DNA of 64,000 nt from Candidatus Heimdallarchaeota archaeon. GTDB lineage: Archaea; Asgardarchaeota; Heimdallarchaeia; Heimdallarchaeales; Heimdallarchaeaceae. Where the stretch lies: the NCBI GenBank assembly GCA_019057815.1, contig JAHLWR010000007.1, forward strand, positions 64,001-128,000, written 5' to 3'. The position numbers and the translations under genes were made by a program. The notes beneath the pieces are model-generated. The model saw only the letters and a program-made list of their open reading frames with translations. It ran no database searches and was not told the DNA's origin. This document shows, piece after piece, positions 51,092 through 61,056 of the stretch (positions are counted from its first letter, which is position 1; each line of letters starts with the position of its first letter).

Positions 51092-52368
51092 TCCTCGCTT
51101 TCTGTACTATGTTCTGGCACAGAAAAAACCTCTTCTATAATTTTAGCCCCCTTTTCAATGAAAACTTTCGCTAATTCTTGATTATCCAAATTCAGATCTC
51201 TTATATACCTTTCAAAGTCCTTAACTGGGTCATCAATAAGATATTCTTTTATTTTCGCACCCTTTTTCAAACTTGTAGGAGCAGTTCTAACAAGATCTTT
51301 TGCATCCCATCTGAATTCTAAAATATTATATTTTGCTGAAAATGTTTTACTGCGAATATCATCCAATTTGTCCTCCATCCTCCACCAATCTTTAAGGAAT
51401 ATAGTTCCTTCAAAAGTTATTTTTAGCCTAGAAGCTGTTTCTCCATTAAAAGGTTGTTCAAAATCTTTTAGTATTTCATAAACACTGCTTTCTAAATCAA
51501 TAACTGAAGAATCTGTTGTCAGTTTGATATTTTTCTGAATCATAGTTCTTTTGGAGTCTATATTCTTTTGGATGATTATTGGGTCCTTACCCTTTTGAAT
51601 GTCAACCTCAAGAAAACCTTTTTGCTGATTCCTCTCTGCGAAAGTGTATTTTTCTGTGCTTCCTGCTTGCCACATATTCTTTTTTATTCTCTGTTGTTTG
51701 TGATCATGACCTAAGGCAACATAATCATAATCATATTGGAAAATAAGATTGAGTAAGTCTATTCCTCTTGTCATTCCATGAGCTACAGCTATTGAAATTT
51801 TCGAATTATCTGGTTCTTGATTGTTTCGCACCCAGTTTTCATAAGAGTCTTCAAGACTTTGCAAATTTCCAAATTTCAAATAGGGGAACAAATAGAACTT
51901 AACATCGTCAAATTCAATAATAAGCGGATTGTTATCAAAAATAGCTTGCTTCAAGTGATAATTTGTGGCCAAGAAAAACATTTTAGGGAATGCTTCTTTT
52001 AGAAATTCAAGAGTGCTGTAATTTCTAGTTAAATATGTTCCGTGATTACCATCAATTGTAATGAAAGGAACTTTGTTTTCAGTTTTTTCAAAAAATTCTC
52101 GAAGCACTTTAATAACAAAAGCTCGTGAATATTCTGTAGGTCCAACAAGATTCCTTCCTACTGGAACATCAAACAAATCACCTGAATGAACTACATAATC
52201 AGGTTTGATTTCAGCTGCTTTTTCCATAGCTTTATGGAAACCTTTACAATAGTCCTCTTCTATCCAAGTTAATCGATTGTTGATTTTCCAGGAGTCTTTG
52301 ACGTTTTTAAATCGTCTATGAGATACATGTGTGTCTGAGAGATGAACAATTTTGACCATTTTTTGCAC
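51088..52368 (-). CDS. mre11: Mre11/SbcD nuclease
   Basis: HLSDTH, HSGDLFD, GNH, AHG, ALGHDH. Confidence 0.9.
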   Translation of the reverse strand: MQKMVKIVHLSDTHVSHRRFKNVKDSWKINNRLTWIEEDYCKGFHKAMEKAAEIKPDYVVHSGDLFDVPVGRNLVGPTEYSRAFVIKVLREFFEKTENKVPFITIDGNHGTYLTRNYSTLEFLKEAFPKMFFLATNYHLKQAIFDNNPLIIEFDDVKFYLFPYLKFGNLQSLEDSYENWVRNNQEPDNSKISIAVAHGMTRGIDLLNLIFQYDYDYVALGHDHKQQRIKKNMWQAGSTEKYTFAERNQQKGFLEVDIQKGKDPIIIQKNIDSKRTMIQKNIKLTTDSSVIDLESSVYEILKDFEQPFNGETASRLKITFEGTIFLKDWWRMEDKLDDIRSKTFSAKYNILEFRWDAKDLVRTAPTSLKKGAKIKEYLIDDPVKDFERYIRDLNLDNQELAKVFIEKGAKIIEEVFSVPEHSTESED

Positions 52369-54180
52369 CTAAAGAATTGGAGCTTTTGTTTTTTCTCTTG
52401 CTTTCTTTACATTTAGTTTTTGATAAGGGTTTGTAAAAAAGGGCAACTCATTTTCAATGTATAGAGGAACATTACTTACTTTTACAGGTAAAGGAATATT
52501 TCTAAGAGAGTTAGTGAATATTGCTTCGCCACGTGATAAAACCTTGAACTCATGCTCATAGCCTGCTATATTATTACTTGCATTGATAATTGCTTGACGG
52601 ATTTCTATTTCATTTCCTAACATCAAATTGAGTTCTGTATTTGTATTTGCAAGAATTATATGTTCCATAGAGGAGATATTCTGAGTGATGAGAAGCATAC
52701 CAATATTAAATTTCCTTCCTTGTCTGGAAATATCGATGAATACATTTCCTTCCTTAGACATTTGAGAACCCAAAATACTAGGAGCTTCTTCAATAGTTAG
52801 CATGATTACAGGTAATTTATCAATTGTTTTCATTCGATAATCAGAACCATCTTTATCAGCTGTATAGAGCTCCTTCAAACTGAATTTAGAAGAAGGATTA
52901 TCTCCTAACAATTCACTTGCAATGGTTTTTGGTAGCCTTTGGTAAACTTGATCTTTAAATTGGCTCCATTTTGTAGATGACAGTAAAGATTGTCTTATGG
53001 ACAATAATGTCCTTGCTAACATAGTAATTACAATAAATTGTTCTGTTGATGAGAGCAAGGCTGTGCTGAAGTTATAGAAGCATCCTCTTTCAATGTTATA
53101 AACTATTTCTGCAAGATCACTATACTTGTTCTCAGTAAAAATTGAAGAACGTGTAATAGGATAGAGTCTTCTTTTTACAGCACTAATTGTCCCCTTCACA
53201 AAGGATGTAACTTCAGCTTCCGATTCTTTTTCTATTGCAGTTACCCAGTCTTCATTCGTGACTGCTTTCATAGACATATATCCCAACATTTGATCTGTTA
53301 CAGTCATAACTGATGTTATATCGCTTACAGAAAGATCTTCTCTTCTAATTCGTATTGGTTGTGCATATTTTTGCATCTCTTTGGAGACACCACTCAAATC
53401 TCTAGTTAAATAGAACTTGTCAGCGAAAATGGAATCATAAACCTCATTACCTGCTTTTATCGTAGCATCTGCTATATCAATCAATCCATACCTTTTGTCT
53501 TCGTGTCTTAGACCTCTCATATACTCATCATGGACATCTATCATGAAGACAGAAACTCTTTTCTTCATCTCCTCTTGCTTGATAAATCTAACAATGTTAT
53601 TTTTAAGAGCAGAAGTTATGAATGTAAGCATGAAAAAAGATTTTCCAGCACCTGTTGTACCTGCTACTTGTACATGCATTGGCAGTGATTCAATATCAAT
53701 TTTAATGGGTAAATCTAAAGTTTTTGTTCCAATAAGCAGCTTACCTATTTCCAGATCTTGACCTATTTCTTTTTCTAATAGAAGTTCTAATGCTTCAGGA
53801 CAGTCAGCACCTCTATGAACTGCAGAGAAATGAGGAGGTAGAGAGCGGGGTTTTTTGAAAATCCATTTGTTTGAATCTGCGTCAAGTTCGCTGTATCCCA
53901 TTAATAGACCATGCACTTTTACTAGTTTTTCAGATTCAACTCTAGCTATGTAAGCTTCTCTATTCTTTAGAAAATTAGCAGCTATAGCTGATAAATCTTG
54001 AATATTTCTCAAAATATTCTCATAATTCATAATTCTAAACATATACATTTTCTTTCCAGTAGGAGGCTTGATGATCAAAATTTCGCCTATTTCAAAACGA
54101 ATATCAGAACAAACAATTTTTAGAAATGAGATATCTCCTTCTGCTAAAACACCTATCGGTTCACTTAATTGTAACGACAT
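52369..54180 (-). CDS. herA: HerA helicase/translocase
   Basis: N-terminal HAS-like barrel; AGTTGAGKS; DVHDEY; IEEA; RQGRKF..G...ITQ. Confidence 0.85.
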   Translation of the reverse strand: MSLQLSEPIGVLAEGDISFLKIVCSDIRFEIGEILIIKPPTGKKMYMFRIMNYENILRNIQDLSAIAANFLKNREAYIARVESEKLVKVHGLLMGYSELDADSNKWIFKKPRSLPPHFSAVHRGADCPEALELLLEKEIGQDLEIGKLLIGTKTLDLPIKIDIESLPMHVQVAGTTGAGKSFFMLTFITSALKNNIVRFIKQEEMKKRVSVFMIDVHDEYMRGLRHEDKRYGLIDIADATIKAGNEVYDSIFADKFYLTRDLSGVSKEMQKYAQPIRIRREDLSVSDITSVMTVTDQMLGYMSMKAVTNEDWVTAIEKESEAEVTSFVKGTISAVKRRLYPITRSSIFTENKYSDLAEIVYNIERGCFYNFSTALLSSTEQFIVITMLARTLLSIRQSLLSSTKWSQFKDQVYQRLPKTIASELLGDNPSSKFSLKELYTADKDGSDYRMKTIDKLPVIMLTIEEAPSILGSQMSKEGNVFIDISRQGRKFNIGMLLITQNISSMEHIILANTNTELNLMLGNEIEIRQAIINASNNIAGYEHEFKVLSRGEAIFTNSLRNIPLPVKVSNVPLYIENELPFFTNPYQKLNVKKAREKTKAPIL

Positions 54181-54190
54181 TTTTTCACCT

Positions 54191-55513
54191 CTACATTAAA
54201 CCTAATCTTCTTCTTGGATGAATAAACATTTTGGGGTTTTCTCCTTGTTCCGCGAAGTAGTTAATTAATTGTTCAGCTACAACATCTCTTTCCGCAAAGC
54301 TTACTACCGTGGAATTATGTGCAAAGGCTAAATCAAAGAAATAACCAAAATATCTGACATCTCGTGATAACCAATCTATTTCTTGAAATAATTCTAATTC
54401 TTTTGCTTTTTGTATTTTTGTATTTTCAGAAAAAATATTTTTCATATACCACTCATAATCAAGGTCGATTCTTAGAATAGGGACTTCTGATGAAAAGTGA
54501 TACAGATATGTTACACCATAATATGGAGGAATATGAGGACGATTTTCGAGCATTTTAAGAGTAGGTTCTTTTCTCTGCTTTGAAGGTATTCTTACAAACC
54601 ATTTTTTCTCTCCACCTAATTCCTTTTCTAAGTCTTGAGCTATTCTATATACAAATGGAAAAGTTGTTGTCTTGCTTACTGCAACTATACATGTCTCTTT
54701 GTTTAAGGATTTTTTACACAAATCTCGTAGCAAATAGTTTGATGCTAATCGAGGTTGTTCTTGCCCTGGTGATAAAAGCATGTTCAGAGAACCATCTAAG
54801 AAAATATATTTAAATTTTGTATCAGAATTAAGTAAAGAGTGAGCTAGAGAATATTCTACAACTTCTCTGAATTGTTCAAACCAGCCTTGCACAGCAGCTG
54901 CTCTTGGTGACACCATCCACTCTGAAAAATCGAAAATATCAGACTTATGAAGTTTGAAACCAGCTTTTATTGCAGCTTTATGTAAATCAATACTCGACTT
55001 AATATCTGGGAAGGTGTCATTTGGAAACTTAGGAACATATTTATGGTAAACGAAATCTCTAAGAACTCTAAGTACGACTGTTTCTAATTCTTCATTGTAA
55101 TTATATTTAATGAATGACAGAAACTCTTCCCAAACCTCTTTAGATTTATCTTCTCTAAGTATAATTAGTCTCATTAAACCTTCAGGATGTGTACATATTG
55201 GGGGTCTGGTATTAAGCTGTTCTGTTGTTCCATCCTCAAAACATGTCTTATCTGCTGCAAATCCTGCAGTTAGTAGATGTATAGCTATATCGTTTAACAT
55301 AACAAGACTATCTGCTCCACTTCCATCAATTGCTGTTACATTGAAATTTTCGTGCTGACATTTAGTTGGTAGAGGTTCAAATACCACTAGATTCCTTTTC
55401 AAATAATCCAAGTCATCTTGATATGCTTCATCACTCTCTAACTCAAACTTCTTGAATCTCTTGTAAACTCGAGCGAACTCGTTTTCAATAGTTTCGTCGA
55501 AAAAAACTTGCAT
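54191..55513 (-). CDS. nurA: NurA nuclease
   Basis: AIDGS, FLDGSL, VAVSKTT, RID, GY...L..AH. Confidence 0.85.
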   Translation of the reverse strand: MQVFFDETIENEFARVYKRFKKFELESDEAYQDDLDYLKRNLVVFEPLPTKCQHENFNVTAIDGSGADSLVMLNDIAIHLLTAGFAADKTCFEDGTTEQLNTRPPICTHPEGLMRLIILREDKSKEVWEEFLSFIKYNYNEELETVVLRVLRDFVYHKYVPKFPNDTFPDIKSSIDLHKAAIKAGFKLHKSDIFDFSEWMVSPRAAAVQGWFEQFREVVEYSLAHSLLNSDTKFKYIFLDGSLNMLLSPGQEQPRLASNYLLRDLCKKSLNKETCIVAVSKTTTFPFVYRIAQDLEKELGGEKKWFVRIPSKQRKEPTLKMLENRPHIPPYYGVTYLYHFSSEVPILRIDLDYEWYMKNIFSENTKIQKAKELELFQEIDWLSRDVRYFGYFFDLAFAHNSTVVSFAERDVVAEQLINYFAEQGENPKMFIHPRRRLGLM

Positions 55514-55775
55514 GTCACTAGCTCCTCTTAACCATTCCAGTTTTCCATTTATAAAACATTACGGAGAGTTACTTAAAAGTGTTGTAATTAATTTTGTTTT
55601 AAGATATCTGTGAACATACAATATGTTTTTCTTCCCTATTTAATTATTTTTCCTACTTTCATTATCTTGTAATTGTAATTTGCTAGATTAATATATAAAT
55701 TAAAAGCTCTTGTTCTGATTTAGAACTCAAAAAATAGTCTTTTTATAGTATATTATAGTATTGTAAAATGATACA

Positions 55776-56714
55776 ATGCAACCTCAAAAGGAAAAGAGAA
55801 AAAGAAAATATGTTCCTCATAAAGCTGCTGCTAGTTTTGAACCCACTTATGATTGGTCTAAAGAAGAAGCTAAACAGAAATATGAAACACAGAAATTTCC
55901 TTTTGATGTCGAAAGAATTTTTTATTCTGATTGTATAAAAGGAATGAAAACTATACCTGAAAAAAGCATTGATATGGTTTTAGCTGATCCACCTTTTGGA
56001 CTCGACTTTAGTGGAAAAGAAGCCATATACAATCGAGACAGCAATAATGTAATTGAAGGGTATGAGGAAGTGGATATAGAAGATTATTCAAATTTTACAA
56101 ATGAATGGATTGGAGAACTTCCAAGAATTATGAAAAGAGACGCAGGAGTATGGATCTTTAGTGGATGGACAAATCTTAAAGATGTTCTCTATGCACTAGA
56201 TAAACATAAATTAGAGATTATTAACCATATTATCTGGAAATATCAGTTTGGTGTTTTTACAAAAAGGAAATTTGTTACTAGTCATTATCATATTCTTTTT
56301 GCTGTCAAAGACAAAAAAAGTTATTTTTTCAATAAATTCGAACACTATCCACAAGATGTTTGGCTTATTAATAGAAAATACATGCCCAATACCAAGAAAA
56401 ATGCAACAAAGCTTCCTGTTGACGTAGTAATGAGATGTATTGATTTTGGAAGCGAACCTGGTGATTTAGTTTTAGATCCTTTTATGGGTAATGGAACAAC
56501 AGCTGTTGCTGCGAAATGTTCTTTTAGACATTATCTTGGATTTGAGATTAATGATGTACTTAAAGAAATAATTGATTGGAATTTAAAACAAGTTAAACTA
56601 GGAGAATTATATCAACCATACATCCAAAGACCTGATGAGATAGTTCAGAATGCTAAAGAAAAATTTCAGAAAAGCGATTCATCAAGAACCAAACTTACAG
56701 ATTATTTAAAATAA
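55776..56714 (+). CDS. Beta-class N6-adenine/N4-cytosine DNA methyltransferase
   Basis: DPPF (motif IV) before LDPFMGNGTT (motif I). Confidence 0.9.
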   Translation: MQPQKEKRKRKYVPHKAAASFEPTYDWSKEEAKQKYETQKFPFDVERIFYSDCIKGMKTIPEKSIDMVLADPPFGLDFSGKEAIYNRDSNNVIEGYEEVDIEDYSNFTNEWIGELPRIMKRDAGVWIFSGWTNLKDVLYALDKHKLEIINHIIWKYQFGVFTKRKFVTSHYHILFAVKDKKSYFFNKFEHYPQDVWLINRKYMPNTKKNATKLPVDVVMRCIDFGSEPGDLVLDPFMGNGTTAVAAKCSFRHYLGFEINDVLKEIIDWNLKQVKLGELYQPYIQRPDEIVQNAKEKFQKSDSSRTKLTDYLK

Positions 56715-57388
56715 TTATCTAGTGTATTCATATTTTTAATGAAATATGGTGGTTCACTACTTTTAAGCAGGTATTTAGGTCTTCTAGGACTACCATTTGC
56801 ATTCCTCATTCCTTTCTGAAAATATGCAATCCAACCTTCTGAGATTCCTTCAGATAGAAGTTGTTTATTTAACCATAGAAGAGAGTAGTTCTCAATAACA
56901 AAAGCTTTTTTTCGCATTCTTGATTTTGCCCCTCTTCTTATTCTTTGTTTGACATAATCGCTTGTTTTTCCTTTTAGTTTTGAATGCCATTCTTTAAAGG
57001 AACCATCATCATCATATTCTGCTCTTCCACTTACAATGAAATATCCGATTCCATTGTACTTCTCTGTACATAAATCTACTGCTTCACAATCATTTAGAAT
57101 TATCCAAGGATGACTGCTGGAATTAACTATATGAGCTTTAAAATTCCAAGGATTTTCCTTAAAATAATCAAATTGTGTATTCCCCAATTTTGGACCATCT
57201 TCTCCTCCTAAATGATTAAATAAGATCTTTTTCAATTTATACTCAATATACCAACCTATCCATTCCATTTGTTTCCATTGATAGTTTGCTTCTTTTATTT
57301 CATGAATACATTCCTTACCATCTAAATATCTTTCAAGATTCCTTATTATTAAAGAATATATTTGGTTTCCCTCCTCTTCATAGTTCAT
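56702..57388 (-). CDS. Putative type II restriction endonuclease partner (possibly inactive)
   Basis: Convergent and overlapping the MTase; MEWIGWYIE...FDYF..PWNFKAH, a PD-DxK-like motif with Asn. Confidence 0.5.
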   Translation of the reverse strand: MNYEEEGNQIYSLIIRNLERYLDGKECIHEIKEANYQWKQMEWIGWYIEYKLKKILFNHLGGEDGPKLGNTQFDYFKENPWNFKAHIVNSSSHPWIILNDCEAVDLCTEKYNGIGYFIVSGRAEYDDDGSFKEWHSKLKGKTSDYVKQRIRRGAKSRMRKKAFVIENYSLLWLNKQLLSEGISEGWIAYFQKGMRNANGSPRRPKYLLKSSEPPYFIKNMNTLDNYFK

Positions 57389-57513
57389 TTAAATTGATTA
57401 GAAGCATAAAGGTATTTTAATAATTCTATAAAAAGTACTTAATCATTTATTAGTACTAAATCACTAAACTAATCTTTTGTGAATTTAGTTATATCATTAG
57501 TTCTTTCTTAGAA

Positions 57514-57882
57514 ATGTTAATTTCTAATGACTTCGAGAAAGAGCTGGGGGAGTTGAGATTGTTAGATGACAATAATCTGGAGAATTTCAGAATTCTAAAA
57601 GAACTTTTAAAAAATGAAATCTCCAAAGAAGATGTAGAATTAGTAGATCCTTCAATTATTATCACTGACGCAGAACAAATTGCATTTATTTCATACTTGA
57701 TTATAGCTGATTGCACATATTATGAGGTTTTTACTGAAAATTTAATAAATAAGATAATTGATGAGTTGATTTCTAATCAGAATATTTATGAAGAAAAAAA
57801 GAATTATAATGTAAAAGAATTGATTAGATATTTAATTATTTTTTCGAGCTTTTTGGTATTTTCTTCGTTTTTTAGTTCTTAA
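57514..57882 (+). CDS. Hypothetical protein or gene remnant
   Basis: Open frame with protein-like composition; no motif. Confidence 0.35.
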   Translation: MLISNDFEKELGELRLLDDNNLENFRILKELLKNEISKEDVELVDPSIIITDAEQIAFISYLIIADCTYYEVFTENLINKIIDELISNQNIYEEKKNYNVKELIRYLIIFSSFLVFSSFFSS

Positions 57883-57953
57883 AATGTGTAACGTAATGTT
57901 TATATCTTTCTATTGGGAGAATATTTTAGTAAATAGAGTTAGGGACATAACAA

Positions 57954-58544
57954 TTGAAAATTCTAGATAAACTTAAAGAAAATTTATCTATGGTTGGGGG
58001 AGAAAATATCTTACGACGATATTTCGTCATGAATGGTTTCGATGGAGCTTTAACAGCTTTAGGGATAATTATTGCATCTATCATCATTAAATCTACAGAA
58101 GCTAAAACTCTTCTCTTCATAGGCATTGGAGCTTCTATTTCTATGGGAGTATCAGGCTTTTGGATAGCATATCTAACAGAGAGGGCTGAAAGGACTAAAG
58201 AACTGAAAGAATTAGAAAAAGATATGGTAACTGAGTTAAATGACACCAAATTCACAAAAGCGAACTTCTGGACATCGCTCATAATAGCAGCAGTTGATGG
58301 TATTTCACCTTTTATGTTTTCTATGATATCGATATCGCCATTTCTCTTTGTGATTCCAGGATGGATAACAATGACAACTGGGTATATTATTGCAATATCT
58401 CTTGTAGGTGTTGAAGTAATAACTCTTGGAGTCTTTCTAGGTGCAATCTCAAAAGAAAATAAACTCATATACGCTCTAAAAATAATTCCCGCAGCACTAA
58501 TTGTAGCTGGTTTGACATTTTTACTTGAATTCTTTAATAACTAA
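57954..58544 (+). CDS. VIT1/CCC1 family transporter
   Basis: RRYFVMNGFDGALT.LG; SG..IAYLTERAE. Confidence 0.8.
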   Translation: MKILDKLKENLSMVGGENILRRYFVMNGFDGALTALGIIIASIIIKSTEAKTLLFIGIGASISMGVSGFWIAYLTERAERTKELKELEKDMVTELNDTKFTKANFWTSLIIAAVDGISPFMFSMISISPFLFVIPGWITMTTGYIIAISLVGVEVITLGVFLGAISKENKLIYALKIIPAALIVAGLTFLLEFFNN

Positions 58545-58783
58545 TCTACTTCAATATTGTCTGTTCCTTAGCTTATTCATCAACTTCAGAACCAAAAGAA
58601 CTTTTTTCTAATCTTATTTCATATTTATTGTTACTATTATTTACGAGCTTTCAAAATCAGCAATTGATAGCAAAACTGCTACTTTAATTTATAAGAAAAA
58701 AACAATTATTTGAGAATAAATTATAAAAACTAATTCAACTTTTCGTAGTAAAACTAAAGAATATCATCTGAAAAGTTGTACTA

Positions 58784-60139
58784 ATGCCTAAAAAACAAGA
58801 ACAGAAAAGAGATGTCATAATTGTTGGTGCCGGAATAGCAGGTTGTGTACTTGCTTTTCATTTAGCGACTGCTGGTCTGAAAGTCTCAATTTATGAAAAG
58901 AGCGCTAGAGAGAACATTGGACATGATTGGTGTGATTCGATCGAAAAGAAAGCATTTCAATTAGCAGGAATTCTTGCACCCAAAGGAGAAGAAAAGAGAG
59001 CAAATAGAGACCATCTTGTAATTTTATCTCCCGATTTACTATCAAAAATTCACTTAAGTTATTATGATTATTGGGTTGTTGACCGTAAATTGTTTCAAAA
59101 AAGATTATTGCTTCTAGCAGAAAAAGCAGGAGCAGAATTCTGTTTTAACACTGAAATAGTCGAACCCATTGGTAAGGGTATGTGGGTTATTGGTGTTAAA
59201 AAACGAGATGGTGAAATTGTAACAGCTAAGCTAGTTGTTGACTGTTCTGGTATTGATAGAATTTTAGGGAATAATATAGAAATACTAGATTTAAATCTAC
59301 CACTAGAAGATAACGAAATAGCTCTCGCACATCGAGAAACTCACAAAACTGAAGATAATAAATTGAAGTGGGGAGAAAATGAAATTAGTAAAAAACACCT
59401 TTATTATCGATATGGTTACAAGAAAGGTTATAGTTGGTTAAATTTCGAAAAAGAGGACGAAGTTGATGTTGGTTCAGGAGTAACTCAAGGATATTCAAAA
59501 CGCAAACCTAAAGCAATAGTAAACGAGTTCATCAATTTGCATAAAAACATAGAAAAAGAAAAATTAAGAGGAGGAGGAGGAAAAATCGTCGTAAGACGCC
59601 CAATAACTATGGTTTGGTACGGTTTCTTACTTGTTGGTGAAGCAGCTTGTCAAACTATTCCTACAGTAGGTTGTGGTGTAGGATCATCTATGATTGCTGC
59701 TAGAATTGCAGCTGAAGTCATTGTCAAAAGCTTAAGAAAAAAAGAAGTCTCAATTGATAGTCTGTGGGAATATCAGGTCAGGTACAATGAAGAAAGAGGA
59801 AGAGATCATGCAGCTCTTGATATGATGAGAAGAAAACTTCTTCAACTAACTGAAAAAGAAATGTCATTTTTAATAGAAAAACGAATTATTTCCAAATCAG
59901 ATTTTGAAAAGCTAATTCACGCAAAATATCCCAAGAAATCTATTATTGGAATGTTATTTTCCACTTTTAAAGGAATCTCGAATCTTAAATTGATGCTTTT
60001 TATGGGAAAATCTTTGCTTCGAGCTAATAGAGTCTACAAACATTACAAGACGATGCCTAAAGAATATGATTCTAAAAAGTACCATAAATGGTTTCTTGAA
60101 CAGATGTATTTCTTCAAAGATATTGAGGAAAAAAAATAA
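58784..60139 (+). CDS. Geranylgeranyl reductase family FAD oxidoreductase
   Basis: VGAGIAG, VDRKLF, VVDCSG, LVGEAACQ..P..G.G. Confidence 0.8.
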   Translation: MPKKQEQKRDVIIVGAGIAGCVLAFHLATAGLKVSIYEKSARENIGHDWCDSIEKKAFQLAGILAPKGEEKRANRDHLVILSPDLLSKIHLSYYDYWVVDRKLFQKRLLLLAEKAGAEFCFNTEIVEPIGKGMWVIGVKKRDGEIVTAKLVVDCSGIDRILGNNIEILDLNLPLEDNEIALAHRETHKTEDNKLKWGENEISKKHLYYRYGYKKGYSWLNFEKEDEVDVGSGVTQGYSKRKPKAIVNEFINLHKNIEKEKLRGGGGKIVVRRPITMVWYGFLLVGEAACQTIPTVGCGVGSSMIAARIAAEVIVKSLRKKEVSIDSLWEYQVRYNEERGRDHAALDMMRRKLLQLTEKEMSFLIEKRIISKSDFEKLIHAKYPKKSIIGMLFSTFKGISNLKLMLFMGKSLLRANRVYKHYKTMPKEYDSKKYHKWFLEQMYFFKDIEEKK

Positions 60140-60196
60140 TTTCTTTTGTTAGATAGCTTCCATTACGTTTAAAAGAAGAGAAGAGAATTTATTTAT

Positions 60197-61030
60197 ATGA
60201 AAAATGATGCCGAAGACCATTTTCGGTTCATTTTAGAAGAAGTTCTTCTAATAAAGGATAGTAGATTCATCCATTCAGAGATAGAGAAAAGGAATAAGAG
60301 TATAAATTGGAAAATTTATGATGAGAATGAGGAAATAATCTTTTTGTCACCTAACCAAATAAAAAGTGGAAGTTCAATAAATACAACTGTTTTCAGGAAA
60401 TTATACACTGGAGCAAGGAGGAGAAAACTGTCTATTATTCATGTTCAAAATCATGAAGATGACATTACAGGAGTGTTCTCTAGAAAAGCTGTTTCTCTTA
60501 TCTGGAAGTTAACGATAAGAGAACGCTTGGCAAGTATTGAATTAATTCCATTCGAAGATGAGCCTTACAAAGCAAAGTACCTCCAATTACAATTCCCAAG
60601 CGGTTTTTTCCTCACTAAAGGTATTCATCAATTATTTCCAACAGATGAATATATTGAAGATAATATTGAAATCGCTAAAAAATACGCAAAAGCAAAAGCA
60701 AAATTTAGAGAATTGGTACCTTTTAAAATAAATAGAATTATTGATCTTCTATCAACTGATGAAATAGCCCCTTCTTATGAATCATGGTTAAAAAACCCAC
60801 TTAAATACGACCTACGCAATGTTGATACAGCAGATTTAACTACTGCTAGAAAAATAGCAGATGGTTTACCTGATGAAGAACTTAATTTGCTTGTAAAGGA
60901 TATAAGAGAGATTATGACTGAAATAGAATGGGATGAAGTAGCCAACCAACAGAGAATCGAAAGATATTCGCAATTTTTAAAGTATGTAAAAAAAATCAGA
61001 AAAATAAAGAAGAAAAAGGGGAAAGAATAA
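60197..61030 (+). CDS. Hypothetical protein
   Basis: 277-aa ORF; no motif recognised. Confidence 0.7.
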   Translation: MKNDAEDHFRFILEEVLLIKDSRFIHSEIEKRNKSINWKIYDENEEIIFLSPNQIKSGSSINTTVFRKLYTGARRRKLSIIHVQNHEDDITGVFSRKAVSLIWKLTIRERLASIELIPFEDEPYKAKYLQLQFPSGFFLTKGIHQLFPTDEYIEDNIEIAKKYAKAKAKFRELVPFKINRIIDLLSTDEIAPSYESWLKNPLKYDLRNVDTADLTTARKIADGLPDEELNLLVKDIREIMTEIEWDEVANQQRIERYSQFLKYVKKIRKIKKKKGKE

Positions 61031-61056
61031 TTTTATTGAAAGAAAAAAAAGGGAAC

